Assembly: GCF_003918875.1 (NCBI RefSeq)
Contig: NW_025766975.1
Span: 1,058,684-1,122,683, forward strand
Length of the DNA: 64,000 bases
Source of the DNA: Haliotis rubra
Taxonomy: Eukaryota
Direction of reading: 5' to 3'
This document shows, piece by piece, positions 26,099 to 38,673 of this stretch (positions are counted from its first letter, which is position 1; each line of letters opens with the position of its first letter). The notes below the pieces were generated by a model that was not told the origin of the DNA, made no database searches, and worked only from the letters and a program-made list of their open reading frames with translations. A program made the position numbers and the translations under genes.

Positions 26099-29000
26099 GT
26101 TGGTCCCTGCCTGGCGCTCGGCATTAATGGGAACAAAAAGGACTGGTCGGCTTGGAGTCAGTATAATGTGTCTGAGTGGGGTATTCATGCTTCACTGCTG
26201 CATGGTATCTCAGTGGGCTAGCACTATAAAACCAGCTTCAGTCTGGGCTAGTACAAGCAGCTGCACATACACATACACACGCATGCACGTCGTCATATGA
26301 GCGAAATATTCTCAAGCACGACGTTAAACCCAATTTCACCTCCCCTCACCGTTACCAGCTCATATTGGAACATATAAAGCAAATATTAAATAACACTGCA
26401 TTGACACACTGATCGCACACCCTCAGGCTTTCAGAATACACGTTCGATGAATGTTTTTCATTAAACATAAAACATTATACAGCATTTTTGCTGTTTGCCG
26501 CAGCTGACGGCATGAGTTATTCCTGTGATTGTTGCTTTTGGTTCCCTGTTATTTCCTCTGCTCCAGTAATGCGTTTATCCTTTGCCGAGAAATTTGACTC
26601 AAGATGTCCATGGCAGAAAGAGGCCGACACAATGACTGCTAGTTGTAAATTATGCATTGTGTCTAGGCACGAACATAGCTGGATAAATAAAAGTAAAAAT
26701 ACTATTTCCATATTCATAAGAAATATTTTCTAAAATCAGAGTCGATTGAACGATCCCGACATTATCATTAGCATGTGAATCATCTTCAGTTATAACTGAT
26801 GCTTAAGTTAGCTGGCAACGTAGAGCAAAACGTTTTCTTGAATATCTCGCCAAATTATGTCCAAGGTAGACAAGATTATTTAAACCTTCAAAGCTTAGAG
26901 AATTCACATTTAGAGCCCCGTAGCATGAAAAAAATTAGAATAAGTGTACCATACCAATAAAGTATATTTTCTTGCATTTTGTTTCGTGTGAAGCAATGGA
27001 AAACATTTTGTTATTGAGTATGAATTGTAGGAATACTTGATTTTACGAATCACTGAAACATGCTCTGGCTACGAATACTAATACCCCATGGTAATGTATA
27101 TAAAACACCTTAAATTACTGCACATATTATATGGATATTTTCATGAATACATGCTTATGATATCGTTGGAATCATGCAACGCTCCGATAGTTCTTATGGT
27201 TATGGAAATGCTTGTGTTTGGCTTTAGATAAGTGTCTGTCCGAGGAAATGGTCCACGCGATGTAAGGTTATGTAAATGCTGGCAATATTAATTCATAACG
27301 TTCTAAACGAAACGAAAGTTCGAAATCCATAATTATGTATAATATTGTTCACTGTGGAAGAACGTACTACTTACATTTGTATAGATAACCGTTTAGATCA
27401 GTCGTTTTATTTCTTGAGAAAGAAATTCATTTCAACGGAATCACGGCAATCCTAGCGTTTATTGGTGTTCAATCGTTTTTTATCAACTTGTAACGTTGAA
27501 ATCAATTTCAAGTGGATCTGAAATAGACACACACATGTGACTGACATAGGATCCGAATATATAATGGCAATCTGAGGACAAAGAAAGACTTCTGGTTTGC
27601 TATGCAAGCTTCCATTCCTTCAGCTTGAGAAACATGTATTTCCTTAGAATCATTGAAACCCTCCAGGTCTGTCCGATTCAGGAGGATTTCTTGTACCGTC
27701 ACCGAATCCTGGTAATCCAGTGTACGTGATCAGGAAAGCGTTTACCATATTGATGTTCCATAATGATGATACCGATTGAATAATAACTTCTACAACAGTT
27801 CTTCCAACGGCTGTTTAGGACATTCAGGGATCAATAATGACAGTTTTATGTCACTTATCTGCTTCAAAGAATCCATGCGTGAGAGAGAGAACGGAATTCG
27901 AAATATCCGTGTCGAGTACTAGTAACTCCCCATGTCTTAATAAATGTATAGATTTGAATGAATGTGTTTTTACTTGTAAAGACTGATGATAACGTGCGGC
28001 TACTAACAAGGAATTATTTGATGACACGTTTCTATTAAGTGTGTATTATATGGGTAATTGGCAAATTCTTCGTTGTTGACAACCAGCAGCTGATCCAGAT
28101 CAATATTACCAGCATAGGCGGGTGTATTCAATAAACGATTTTTTATACTGAGTGTTGTAAAAGCTCCAAAGAGTGTGCATTATTATATTGTTTCGCTCAT
28201 ATTACTTGTTATAATTAACAGACGCTTTTGTTACAAAACGGGTAAAAAGTGCGGAATTGGATATATTTGAAGCAATTGTAAAATCTGAAACTCTGTCTAA
28301 CTAACTTTATAGAACTTACTTTGTTTGACCAGTTGTATTATTTGTTTTGCATATTCAAATCCAACTGGTATATAAAGTATACTTGAACACGTTAATGATA
28401 CGATATTTAAAGAGAGATACATATAAATGTGATATTTCCAACTGCTGTTAATCGCAGATCCTTTGTGATGCCTCTGACGAGCTCCCGATACAAAGTTTAT
28501 TGGTGACATATACTAACCCTGTAGATTGCTTCTCTCATGGATGTGTTTGCTTTCACTCACAAGCCATTCCCCTCGTCAAACATAATCTTCAATTACCTAG
28601 GCATACTGTCTCCATACCGCCATGGCAGCAAAGGAAGTAGAAGAGGACAGTCCGGAAGGCAATAGTTTGTTACGACGTGATCAAGTAAATCATGTTCCGT
28701 TTGATTGAATATAAATGCAAACATCAGTTGTTAATCCAATGAAAAATGTAATGGCATACAATCTGTGACAAACTATTTCCAGGCTGGACTAGGTTGGTAT
28801 CAACTGTAATCCCACACCAAACCTTGTGTATTCGTCTTCGATTCCTGTCATTGAAATGGCATACATAGAGTGAAGGCAATATAGAGCAAAAACGTTTCTA
28901 GAAACCTACATCCATGAATCATGTTTTATGGTTTTCTTTTTCGATTTTTCTGAAAACATTAGATCTTACGCTGTATTTTAAACCTTTGATATTTCCACAG

Positions 29001-29954
29001 CGGACATAAATCCATCATGGATTAAATAACGGTTCATTTCGGTAAGTGAGTCATTTATAAATGCCATTACCTTTTTGAAACGGACAACAGTTGTTCAAAA
29101 TGCGCTGATTAAGATTGATATCCATGTGAAAGAATCCCGAAATATGGCTTAAATAAATGATGGATGGCGTATCTAAAGATAATGGAGTTTTGAAAGAGTT
29201 GGTATACAAGACAGATGTACATGTTTTCTCAAAAGAGGGGAGGAAGGTAATTCTGAAAACACTTCATTTTATTAGATGTTAGCAAACGAGAGGATCAGTC
29301 TTTCTAAATATGTACATGATACAATGGCTTATGCTTGATGGAATAGGTACATCCAGAACGGGATGCTTGTCGTATTTATCCTTGACAAAGATGAAGCAGT
29401 TGATTCATCAAAGTAGACCAAAGACGGATGTTTGTTTTGTTTCGTTTGGTGATGAAACCATCTCCCGAGGAAAAATGGTCCTGACAGAGAAAGATGGGTG
29501 ATTGTGCTTGTCTATTGGACCTCATGACATAACTGACTCTTCCATCAATTTGGAATTGCATCGTAGTGTCAGATATATGTTTTAATCTTGAAGTGTACTA
29601 TATGAACATCGGTAGAAGTATAACAGACATCCGTGTTGCCTTGCCTTGTGGACATTTGCCCAGAATGACGCAGGTACTTATCAAGGTCCTCTCCAACTCT
29701 GAACGTGTTTATGAGTCTCTATCAACTAATGACGACACCAATTGAGCGTGAAATCAATATCATTTGTTTCAAACAGACAGTCGTTATATGCCTATATTAC
29801 CGATTGAGATGTGTTGTCAAAGTGAATAACCTGAAGGTGTTCCACACAGTGTCAAGTCAATCAGCTAGAGAATGTTCAAGCTCAATGCTGAACGGTGACA
29901 AGCTTTTATTTCACAACCACGCATTAACACAATCGCTGAGAAGGTATTTTCCTA

Positions 29955-30127
29955 GACTGACTGACTAACTGAGTTTAGTTTTACGCCGCTTTTAGCAATA
30001 TTCCAGCAATATCACGGCGGGGGAGACCAGAAATCGGCTTAACACATTGTGCCCAGGTGGGGAATCGAACCCGAGTCTTCGGCGTGACGAGCCAACGCTT
30101 TATCCACTAGGCTACCCCACCGCCCCG
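29955..30127 (-). mobile_element. SINE family A copy with (GACT)n tail, in dup copy 1
   Basis: gactgactgactaactgagtttagttttacgccgcttttagcaatattccagcaatatcacggcggg...ggggaatcgaacccgagtcttcggcgtgacgagccaacgctttatccactaggctaccccaccgccccg. Confidence 0.8.
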
Positions 30128-31254
30128 TATTTTCCTAGAGCTAGCGAGTATTGTTAACAGAGAGGTTTAGCTTCGTTCATTGTGTAGAGAAGTATCGATT
30201 CGAATAAAATGGAACCTTTGTAAGGCGTAGTATTTCTTCCGACGTTAATTAATTTTGACATAAAACATCGCAATCATAGCCCTCGATAGTTACTGTCAAC
30301 ACGAATGCTGAGTCAATCTAATGTCGACCTCAAATTGCCCTAAAAAAGTGATTGACAGAAACTTTCCAGAGTTGTTTTGATTAACTTTCGTGAACTTGCT
30401 GATTGGTTTCTTTCCAACCTTTGCATGTACCTTGCGATCAAATATTGATTGGGAATGTGATGCAGGGCTAAACAGGTTTGTTGAGCTGATAGAATAGCAT
30501 TTAATTAGTTTTTATTGGTAACATGATGCCAATATTATCTAGGAAAAGATTATGATATTTTGTGCTATTCGTTTAATTGAGTACATTATCTGATTCATCA
30601 TTTGAACTCGAAAACCCCCGATATTTTCCAAAAATGGAACTACATGCCGTTATGAATTACTCAATAAGATTTTGAAATAGGGGAGTGGCATATTTCATCA
30701 TTGTTAATGGCACTCAAATAATTACATTTCCATGTACGCTTCATGCTTGTTAGTTTCTACCAACAGGTTGGTGATTTCAAAGGGCGTCGTACAACCTTTG
30801 TTCAAAAGGTGTCTCATGAAGGTTATGATATTAGGGAACTTAGTGAAGCTTTCAAAACGTTTATGGTAGACATGTGTTTTTTTTCCAGATTTGACGCTTC
30901 AGTAACACACTGATGTCTGATGCAATTGCTTGTGACATAATGTTGTTGCTCCATGTCATCAGCGGGCCTCACCCTTCACGTGCACGTTACTGTATAACCA
31001 TCAATAAGTCAGGGGCACTGAGTACATATATAGTATGAAGTATATTTCGATAATACTATTGACTTTCACATTATACTCTATCGAAAGGGGCCTGCACTTT
31101 GCCCAGTACTCTTTCTCTTTGCAATTTGCTCAACAGACTTGTGTTTCTTATGTATGTCAACAACAGCAACAACAAAAACCGGATGGGCAAAAAATCTAGG
31201 TCACTGCCAATGCAACATGTCGGTAACACACGTGGTTATCTTCGGAGGGAGCTG

Positions 31255-31690
31255 GTTTTGTTCTAGTTTTGTTTACAACAATAACTTAAGATGTTACTTC
31301 CAAATATTCTTTAAGCCACTGCCTGTAAAAAACATTTCCCAGTGTTACAAAAAAGAGCTTCCTGGTTTGTTTGGCAGAATTTGAGGTGCCCCAAGGAGAC
31401 ACTGAAATGGAGTATATCATCCATCGTAGCAGTTGGTATTTCTTCCTGTTTTGTTTATAACAATGGGTTGGAATACAATAAGATATTATTTTAGTCTTGT
31501 TCAATAAAATCTCGACAACAAATACTAGCATTGACTGTATAATCCATTCCTCAGTGTAACAAGAAAGATCATCTTGGTTTGTTTGGCCGAATCTAAGGTC
31601 CCCCAATGGGACACTGAAATGGAGTTTAATATCAATTGACGTTGAAACAAGTGGGAGCTTAACACCACCGAAGATATAAAGAACAATCAA
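31255..31690. repeat. ~218-bp tandem repeat x2 (also 39790-40225 in copy 2)
   Basis: ...tgtttggcagaatttgaggtgccccaaggagacactgaaatggagtatatcatc... at 31364 matches ...tgtttggccgaatctaaggtcccccaatgggacactgaaatggagtttaatatcaa... at 31582. The motif tgttttgtttacaacaat precedes it at 31262 and 31448. Confidence 0.8.
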
Positions 31691-31969
31691 TTCGCTGTCA
31701 GTACAATTACAATGGGAAACCCATGGGAGGACATCACTCAATGTATTTTATTCTTTCCGTATTTTTTAGTCGTAGTACATTTGTGAAGTTTAATTGCTGG
31801 CTGAAATTGCGTACAATCGCCAGCAGCTAGACGAATGGTGTAAATCCGACTGGGAACCCCTGCAAGAAGCAGAAATCCCCAGTTTGGTGACCAAACTTTG
31901 TTTGATGTTGATCTTCAGTCCAGTTTTATACTGTGTTGCTGGATAACAATTTAATGTTTTAAAATCGTC

Positions 31970-32212
31970 TCAGACTAATCTTAAGTATAATTTGTGATAA
32001 TCTACACTAGACGCCAAAAGAAACGTTACCATCCTTCCTGAATGACTGAGGTACCTATCTTCAGCTGGCGTTGTGATGCTCGGACGACCACTTCTTGGTC
32101 TGTCTACGGTGACTCCAGTCGGTCTGGAGCCCTGAATATGTCTTATAACCGTGATACGGTGGCATCCGAGGGCGTTGGCAACGGCAATGTATTTCGACCC
32201 CATCTGCACCAT
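31970..32212 (-). pseudogene. Tc1-like transposase N-terminal (HTH/GRPR) fragment, solo
   Basis: Minus-strand ORF ...IAVANALGCHRITVIRHIQGSRPTGVTVDRPRSGRPSITTPAEDRYL... matches the Tc1/Sleeping-Beauty motif ...ISKRL.V.RS.V..IV.KY...G......RSGRPRKTTPR.DR.I. No DDE domain follows it. Confidence 0.65.
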
Positions 32213-32502
32213 CCCAATGGCCCTTTCTCTCTCTTCAGCTGTTAATCGTGGCGTATTTCTCGTACTTGTGTATCATATCATGTATTCTAGGTTCTCTTCA
32301 TACCCTATAGAATCATTCTACATTTGAAATGATTGCAAATATTGTTTGAATATTGCTGCGTTTTGGCGATTGCTATTGCTATGTGTAAACAGAAAATGGA
32401 ACAATGTTACTTTGCAAGCAAAATATTAACAAAGATAATGTAAGATGTTCCTAAACATTTTTTTCATAATATCAAAGACACGTTTAACTTGTTTTCATTA
32501 AT

Positions 32503-32750
32503 AAGTGAGTGAGTGAGTGAGTTTAGTTTTACGCCGCACTCAGCAGTATTCCAGCTATATGACGGCGCTTTGTAAATAATCGAGTCTGAACCAGACAATT
32601 CAGTGATCAACAGCATGAGCATCCATCTGCGCAATTGGGAATCGATAACATGTGTCAACCAAGTCAGTGAGCCTGACACCCGATCCCGTTAGTCGCCTCT
32701 TACGACAAGCATGGGTTACTGAAGGCTCATTCTAACCCGGACCCTCACGG
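32503..32750 (-). mobile_element. SINE family B with 12-bp TSD (gttttcaYtaat)
   Basis: Full B consensus. Flanking direct repeats gttttcattaat (32491-32502) and gttttcactaat (32751-32762). Confidence 0.85.
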
Positions 32751-35700
32751 GTTTTCACTAATGCAAATCAGCAAAAAATGTTTTAAAAGACTGAAATCAT
32801 AGGAATGATTATTTTACAATTTTACACACTCTACAACAGTTGTTTCTTGTTTTAAAGGTTGAAAAATTGTGGCTTTTAATGGTTTATCTTTGTCCCAAAG
32901 CAGATTTTATTGCAGCCTTTCTTTTGGACATCTAAATCACTATTATTGGTTGAGTTTGGCGTGGACGAAAATAGGACAATTTAACTCTTCTGAAAAAGAT
33001 GCATTTCACCTAAATGTGAATGCATTTGAGAATTTGTTTTCGTGATTTGCATAAATCTGTTGTTAAGCTTTCTTGAAAGCTAATACCTTCTAACATATCC
33101 TTGATATTTTCTAAGTAATTCATAAAGGTAGGAGGGTAACTTTTCTTTTGGCGTTTAGTGTTTGTGTTGTCTTTCGACGATAGGTTTCCATACAGTAAAA
33201 ATCTCAGAATTAGTAATTAATGATTTTCTGTCGGCATGATATATGGCTGCCTGTGACGTGGAATGTGAACGCACTCTGATGGGAGAAAGAGAATACAATT
33301 CCAGTGATAGCTGCAAAAGAAACCTAGCAGTAGACTGGATATCAAAGGTGTAATCGTCACACAACCGCTTGAAGAGAGATGCATGCACTTGCCCACTTAT
33401 GTAGTTTCAATACATTCTTGAACGTTTCACACAATGGTGCATAAACCTTTTTCAAATATTGTAACTTCCACACCTATGCTTACATTCCATAGCAAATTAT
33501 TCTTACATCCTTCCATCAAACTTTAACAAAGACAATGTAATACAACATAAACAGTGTTCACAAATGTATTAAACTAACGCTCCGATAGTTCTTATGGTTA
33601 TTGAAATGCTTCTGTTTGGCTTTAGATAAGTGTCTGTCCGAGGAAATGGTCCACGCGATGTAATGTTATCTTAATGCTGACAATATTAATTCATAACGTT
33701 CTAAACGAAAACGAAAGTTCGAAATCCAAAATTATGTATAATATTGTTCACTGTGGAAGAACGTACTACTTACTTTTGTATAGATAACCGTTTGGATCAG
33801 TCGTTATTTCTTGAGAAAGAGATTCATTTCAACGGAATCACGGCATTCCTAGCGTTTATTGGTGTTCAATCGTTTTTTGGATCTGAAATAGACACACACA
33901 TGTGACTGACATAGAAAGGATCCCATTATACAATGGCAATCTGAGGACAAAGAAAGACCTCTGGTTTGCTATGTAAGCTTCCATTTCTTCAGCTTGAGAA
34001 ACATATATTTCCTTAGAATCCCTGAAACCCTCCAGGTCTGTCCGAAGGATACCTGATTCCTGGTACTCCAGTGTACGTGATCAAGAAAGCGGTTACCATA
34101 TTGATGTTCCATAATGATGATACCGATTGAATAATAACTTCTACAACAGTTCTACCAACGGCTGTTTAGGACATTCAGGGATAAATAATGACAGTTTTAC
34201 GTCACATCTATGCGCGAGAGAGAGAACGGAACTCGAAATGTCCGTGTCGAGCACTAATAACTCCCCATGGCTTAATAAATGTATAGATTTGAATGAATGT
34301 GTTTTACGTGCAAAGACTGATGATAACGTGCGGCTACTAACACGGAATTATGTGATGACACGTTTCTATTAAGTGTGTATTATATGGGTAATTGGCAAAT
34401 TCTTCGTTGTTGACAACCAGCAGCTGATCCAGATCAATATTACCAGCATAGCTGGGTGTATTCAATGAACGATTTTTTATACTGACTGTTGTAAAAGCTC
34501 CAAAGAGTGTGCATTATTCTATTGTTTCGCTCATATTACTTGTTATAATTAACAGACGCTTTTGTTACAAAACGGGTAAAAAGTGCGGAATTGGATATAT
34601 TTGAAGCAATTGTAAAATCTGAAACTCTGTCTAACTAACTTTATAGAACTTACTTTGTTTGACCAGTTGTATTATTTGTTTTACATATTCAAATCCAACT
34701 GCGATATAAAGTATACTTGAACACGTTTATGATACGATATTTAAAGAGAGATACATATAAATGTGATATTTCCAACTGCTGTTAATCGCAGATCCTTTGT
34801 GATGCCTCTGACGAGCTCCCGATACAAAGTTTATTGGTGACATATACTAACCCTGTAGATTGCTTCTCTCATGGATGTGTTTGCTTTCACTCACAAGCCA
34901 TTCCCCCTCGTCAAACATAATCTTCAATTACCTAGGCATACTGTCTCCATACCGCCACGGCAGCAAAGGAAGTAGAAGAGGACAGTCCGGAAGGCGATAG
35001 TTTGTTACGACAGGACAGTTAATCATGTTCCGTTTGATTGAATATAAATGCAAACATCAGTTGTTAATCCAAGGAAAAATATAATGGCATACAATCTGTG
35101 ACAAACTATTTCCAGGCTGGACTAGGTTGTTATCAACTGTAATCCCACACCAAACCTTGTGTATTTGTCTTCGTTTCCTTTTATTTAAATGGCATACATA
35201 GAGTGAAGGCAAAATAGAGCAAAAACGTTTTTAGAAACCTAAATCCATGAATCATGTTTTATGGTTTTCTTTTTCGATTTTTCTGAAAACATTAGATCTT
35301 ACGCTGTATTTTAAACCTTTGACATTTCCACAGAGGACATAAATCCATCATGGATTAAATAACGGTTCATTTCGGTAAGTGAGTCATTTATAAATGCCAT
35401 TACCTTTTTGAAACGGACAACAGTTGTTGAAAATGCGCTGATTAAGATTGATATCCATGTGAAAGAATCCCGAAATATGGCTTAAATAAATAATGGATGG
35501 CGTATCTAAAGATAATGGAGTTTTGAAAGAGTTGGTATACAAGACAGATGTACATGTTTTCTCAAAAGAGGGGAGGAAGGTAATTCTGAAAACACTTCAT
35601 TTTATTAGATGTTAGCAAACGAGAGGATCAGTCTTTCTAAATATGTACATGATACAATGGCTTATGCTTGATGGAATAGGTACATCCAGAACGTGATGCT

Positions 35701-36081
35701 TGTCGTATTTATCCTTGACAAAGATGAAGCAGTTGATCCATCAAAGTAGACCAAAGACGGATGTTTGTTTTGTTTCGTTTTGTGATGAAACCATCTCCCG
35801 AGGAAAAATGGTCCTGACAGAGAAAGATGGGTGATTGTGCTTGTCTATTGGACCTCATGACATAATTGACTCTTCCATCAATTTGGAATTGCACCCTAGT
35901 TTCAGATATATGTTTTACTCTTGAAGTGTAAAATATGAACATCGGTAGAAGTATAACAGGCGTCCGTGTTGCCTTGCGTTGTGGACATTTGCCCAGAATG
36001 ACGCAGGTACTTATCAAGGTCCTCTCCAACTCTGAACGTGTTTATGAGTCTCTATCAACTAATGACGACACCAATTGAGCG

Positions 36082-38286
36082 GGTTAGGTCTACTAATGCC
36101 TACAGGGAATAATGCCTACAGGGAATAATAGCTACAACGTTTGCAGTGACAGCGATACGCTTACCTGCACACAAGTAGATTGTTCCACTTAGTGTGCACT
36201 ATTGCCTACAAAGGGATTAGGGGAGGCCAGCAAGGAGAGTAAAGAGTAAGATCAAGAGTATTAAATCGTTAGCTAGCTTATGTTTTGATAATTCCATACG
36301 CATTTAGTTCTCACCCGAGAAGGAAATTGAAGAGTAAAGTAATTAATAGAGAGAGATTATTAAAGGGAGAAGGAAATGTATTGCTTTAAAATTCTTGTGA
36401 TACAAATCTTCATTGCAAATCATGGCAAATCCCAAGAAAGTCGAATACTTCACATCACAGAAAGGAGGACAGCAGGTACTCTTGGAGGGGATACCGCTAC
36501 AGACTCAACAACAGGCGACAGACGTGTGTACACTGGAAGTGTGTTCAAGGTGGCTGCTTTGGCAAGTGTACGACAGTCGGAATCAGACCCCACACAACCA
36601 CCCACAAGAAGACCAGGTAGCCCTGAAGATTGCCAGTTCCCTGAGGCAGCGGGTACAGACTGAGACGACGCCAGTTCAGGTGATCTACGATGAGGAGATT
36701 TCCCGACTTGACCGAGGTGAAGCAGCAACAGTCAAGTCGTTCCATTCTATGAAGAGTGGACTCTACAAGCAGAGACGGAAGATGATGCCGCCACTTCCCC
36801 AGACGCTCAGCGAGGTGAATCTACCCGACTTATTCAAGGAGACTACAGATGGACTGCCCTTCCTCTGCATTGATGACGGTGATGATGACAAGATTCTCTG
36901 CTTCGCCAAAAGTGACCGCCTGACCCTCCTGCAAGAAGTGGACACCCTCTACATGGACGGCACCTTCTACTCCTGTCCTCCTCTCTGGGATCAGCTGTAC
37001 GTCATCCATGGCCTAGTCGGAGGGAAGATGACCCAGTTGGTCTTCTGTCTACTGCCGAATCGTCAACGCCGCACCTATGAACGCCTGCTACGTCTCCTGA
37101 ACGACAAGATCCAGCAGACAACGGGATCGCCCCTTCAGCCTGATGTCATCCAGACGGATTTCGAAATCGCTGCCATCAACGCTGTTGAGACCGTCTTCCC
37201 CAACTGCGACGTCCGTGGATGCTATTTCCACTACAGCCAGGCTCTCTGGAGGAAAGTACAGAACCTCGGCTTCAGCGAAGCCTACCAGCAGGATCCTGAG
37301 GTCCACAGATGGGTCCGACGAGCAGCAGCACTCCCCTCCTCCCAGTGGCCATGGTACAAAATGCCTGGATAGAGGTCATGGACGACGCCCCTGCCATTGG
37401 ACAGAAGGATGAGTTCCAGGACTACATCACCAGCACCTGGGTAGACGACCATGCACGGTTCCGAGCCGGACTATGGAATCACCACGACACCAGCGGCCCA
37501 AGGACGAACAATCATCTCGAGGGTTGGCATTCGCATCTCAACAAGACCGTCCAGAGAGCCCACCCGAACATTTTCGCTCTTGTGAAGGTTCTGCAGAAGC
37601 TGGAGAAAGCGGAGAGAAATAAGCTGGTGCAGATGGCTCATGGCGCCCGTCCCCCACCCTGCAAGAGGACGTACACAGAAATTGACCAGAGACTCACTCG
37701 TCTGAAGGCCCAGCTGACATCTGGTATCAAGGCACCCCTGGAATTCCTGACTGCTGCAGGATATTTGATCAAGCTAGTTTGAAAACCAAATGACTATGTT
37801 GATGAATGTGTGAAACTGTGTGTATACATGTAAATTACTTTTGGTTACCACAATGACTTTATTAATGAATGTGGTAGTTGACTGTGTGAAAGATGTATAT
37901 ATGTATATATAATCATGAATCAAATTAAGTTTTAATTACATTTTAATCCAAATAAATGATTATGTTTATTTATGTAAATTTATTTATCTCAAAACAAACT
38001 ACTATGTGAAAGATATGAATAAAGTTTAAGAAAATTAAGAAAAATATGACAACAATGTGAAAGATATGTATATGAATGTACATATGTATATGAATGACCA
38101 AATAAAATGTCTCTCAACATAGAAAGTTACTGTTTTCTATATACTGTAGGCATTAGTGCACTTTGAAATAGGACCATGCCACTTTATTGAAAGGTTGAAG
38201 GCAGGTGCAATTAGCAGCACTGGTGCGTAAAGTTGTTTATTTAACACTGTAGGCATTATTCACTGTAGGCATTAGTAGACTCCACC
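36082..38286 (+). mobile_element. Mutator-like (MULE) DNA transposon, 2205 bp, with TIRs and 8-bp TSD
   Basis: Left end ggttaggtctactaatgcctacagggaataatgcctacagggaata. The reverse complement of the right end is ggtggagtctactaatgcctacagtgaataatgcctacagtg (42-bp TIR with an internal 17-bp subrepeat). TSD attgagcg at 36074-36081 and 38287-38294. The empty site caccaattgagcgtgaaatc is intact at 29738-29757 in the paralogous copy. Confidence 0.85.
36413..37782 (+). pseudogene. MULE transposase (frameshifted; ORFs 36413-37372 and 37309-37782)
   Basis: DGTFYSCPPLWDQLYVIHG...CLLPNRQRRTYERLL...IQTDFEIAAINAVETVFPNCDVRGCYFHYSQALWRKVQ... and, downstream, ...WNHHDTSGPRTNNHLEGWHSHLNK... are diagnostic MULE/Mutator transposase motifs. 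The reading frame shifts by 1 nt within 37300-37370 (the ctcccctcctccc tract). The N-terminus (KVEYFTSQKGGQQVLLEG...C..W) is weakly FLYWCH-like. Confidence 0.8.
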
Positions 38287-38504
38287 ATTGAGCGTGAAAT
38301 CAATATCATTTGTTTCAAACAGACAGTCGTTATAAGACTATATTACCGATTGAGATGTGTTGTCAAAGTGAATAACCTGAAGGTGTTCCACACAGTGTCA
38401 AGTCAATCAGCTAGAGAATGTTTAAGCTCAATGCTGGACGGTGACAAACTTTTATTTCACAATCACGCATTAACACAATCGCTGAGAAGGTATTTTCCTA
38501 GACT

Positions 38505-38673
38505 GACTGACTGACTGAGTTTAGTTTTACGCCGCTTTTAGCAATATTCCAGCAATATCTCGGCGGGGGACACAAGAAATGGGCTTAACACATTGTGCCC
38601 ATGTGGGGAATCAAACCTGGGACTTCGGCGTGACGAGCCAACGCTTTAACCACTAGGCTACCCCACCGCCCCG
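38505..38673 (-). mobile_element. SINE family A copy (paralogue of 29955-30127)
   Basis: Identical structure and position in dup copy 2. Confidence 0.8.

Larger units (their letters stand above)
27175..33580. repeat. Recent tandem duplication, copy 1 (6.4-kb unit)
   Basis: 27180-29750 = 33580-36080 and 29750-33580 = 38288-42100 at about 97-99% identity. The junction is ...aaatgtattaaactaa|cgctccgatag... at ~33580. Confidence 0.9.

Noticed and set aside
31286-31741. 151-aa minus-strand ORF (and its paralogue 40010-40300) as a host protein-coding gene
   Set aside because: It spans the 218-bp tandem repeat and has no recognisable domain or motif. The paralogue is split by indels with no frame preservation, so it is most likely a chance ORF in repeat DNA.
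32042-32245. 67-aa plus-strand ORF (and 40600-40803)
   Set aside because: It is antisense to the Tc1 N-terminal fragment. The sense (minus) frame carries the recognisable transposase motifs.
36450-37412. Several short ORFs on both strands (36450-36728-, 36545-36745-, 36763-36945-, 37088-37306-, 37143-37412+)
   Set aside because: All overlap the MULE transposase reading frame. GC-rich coding sequence generates spurious alternative-frame ORFs.
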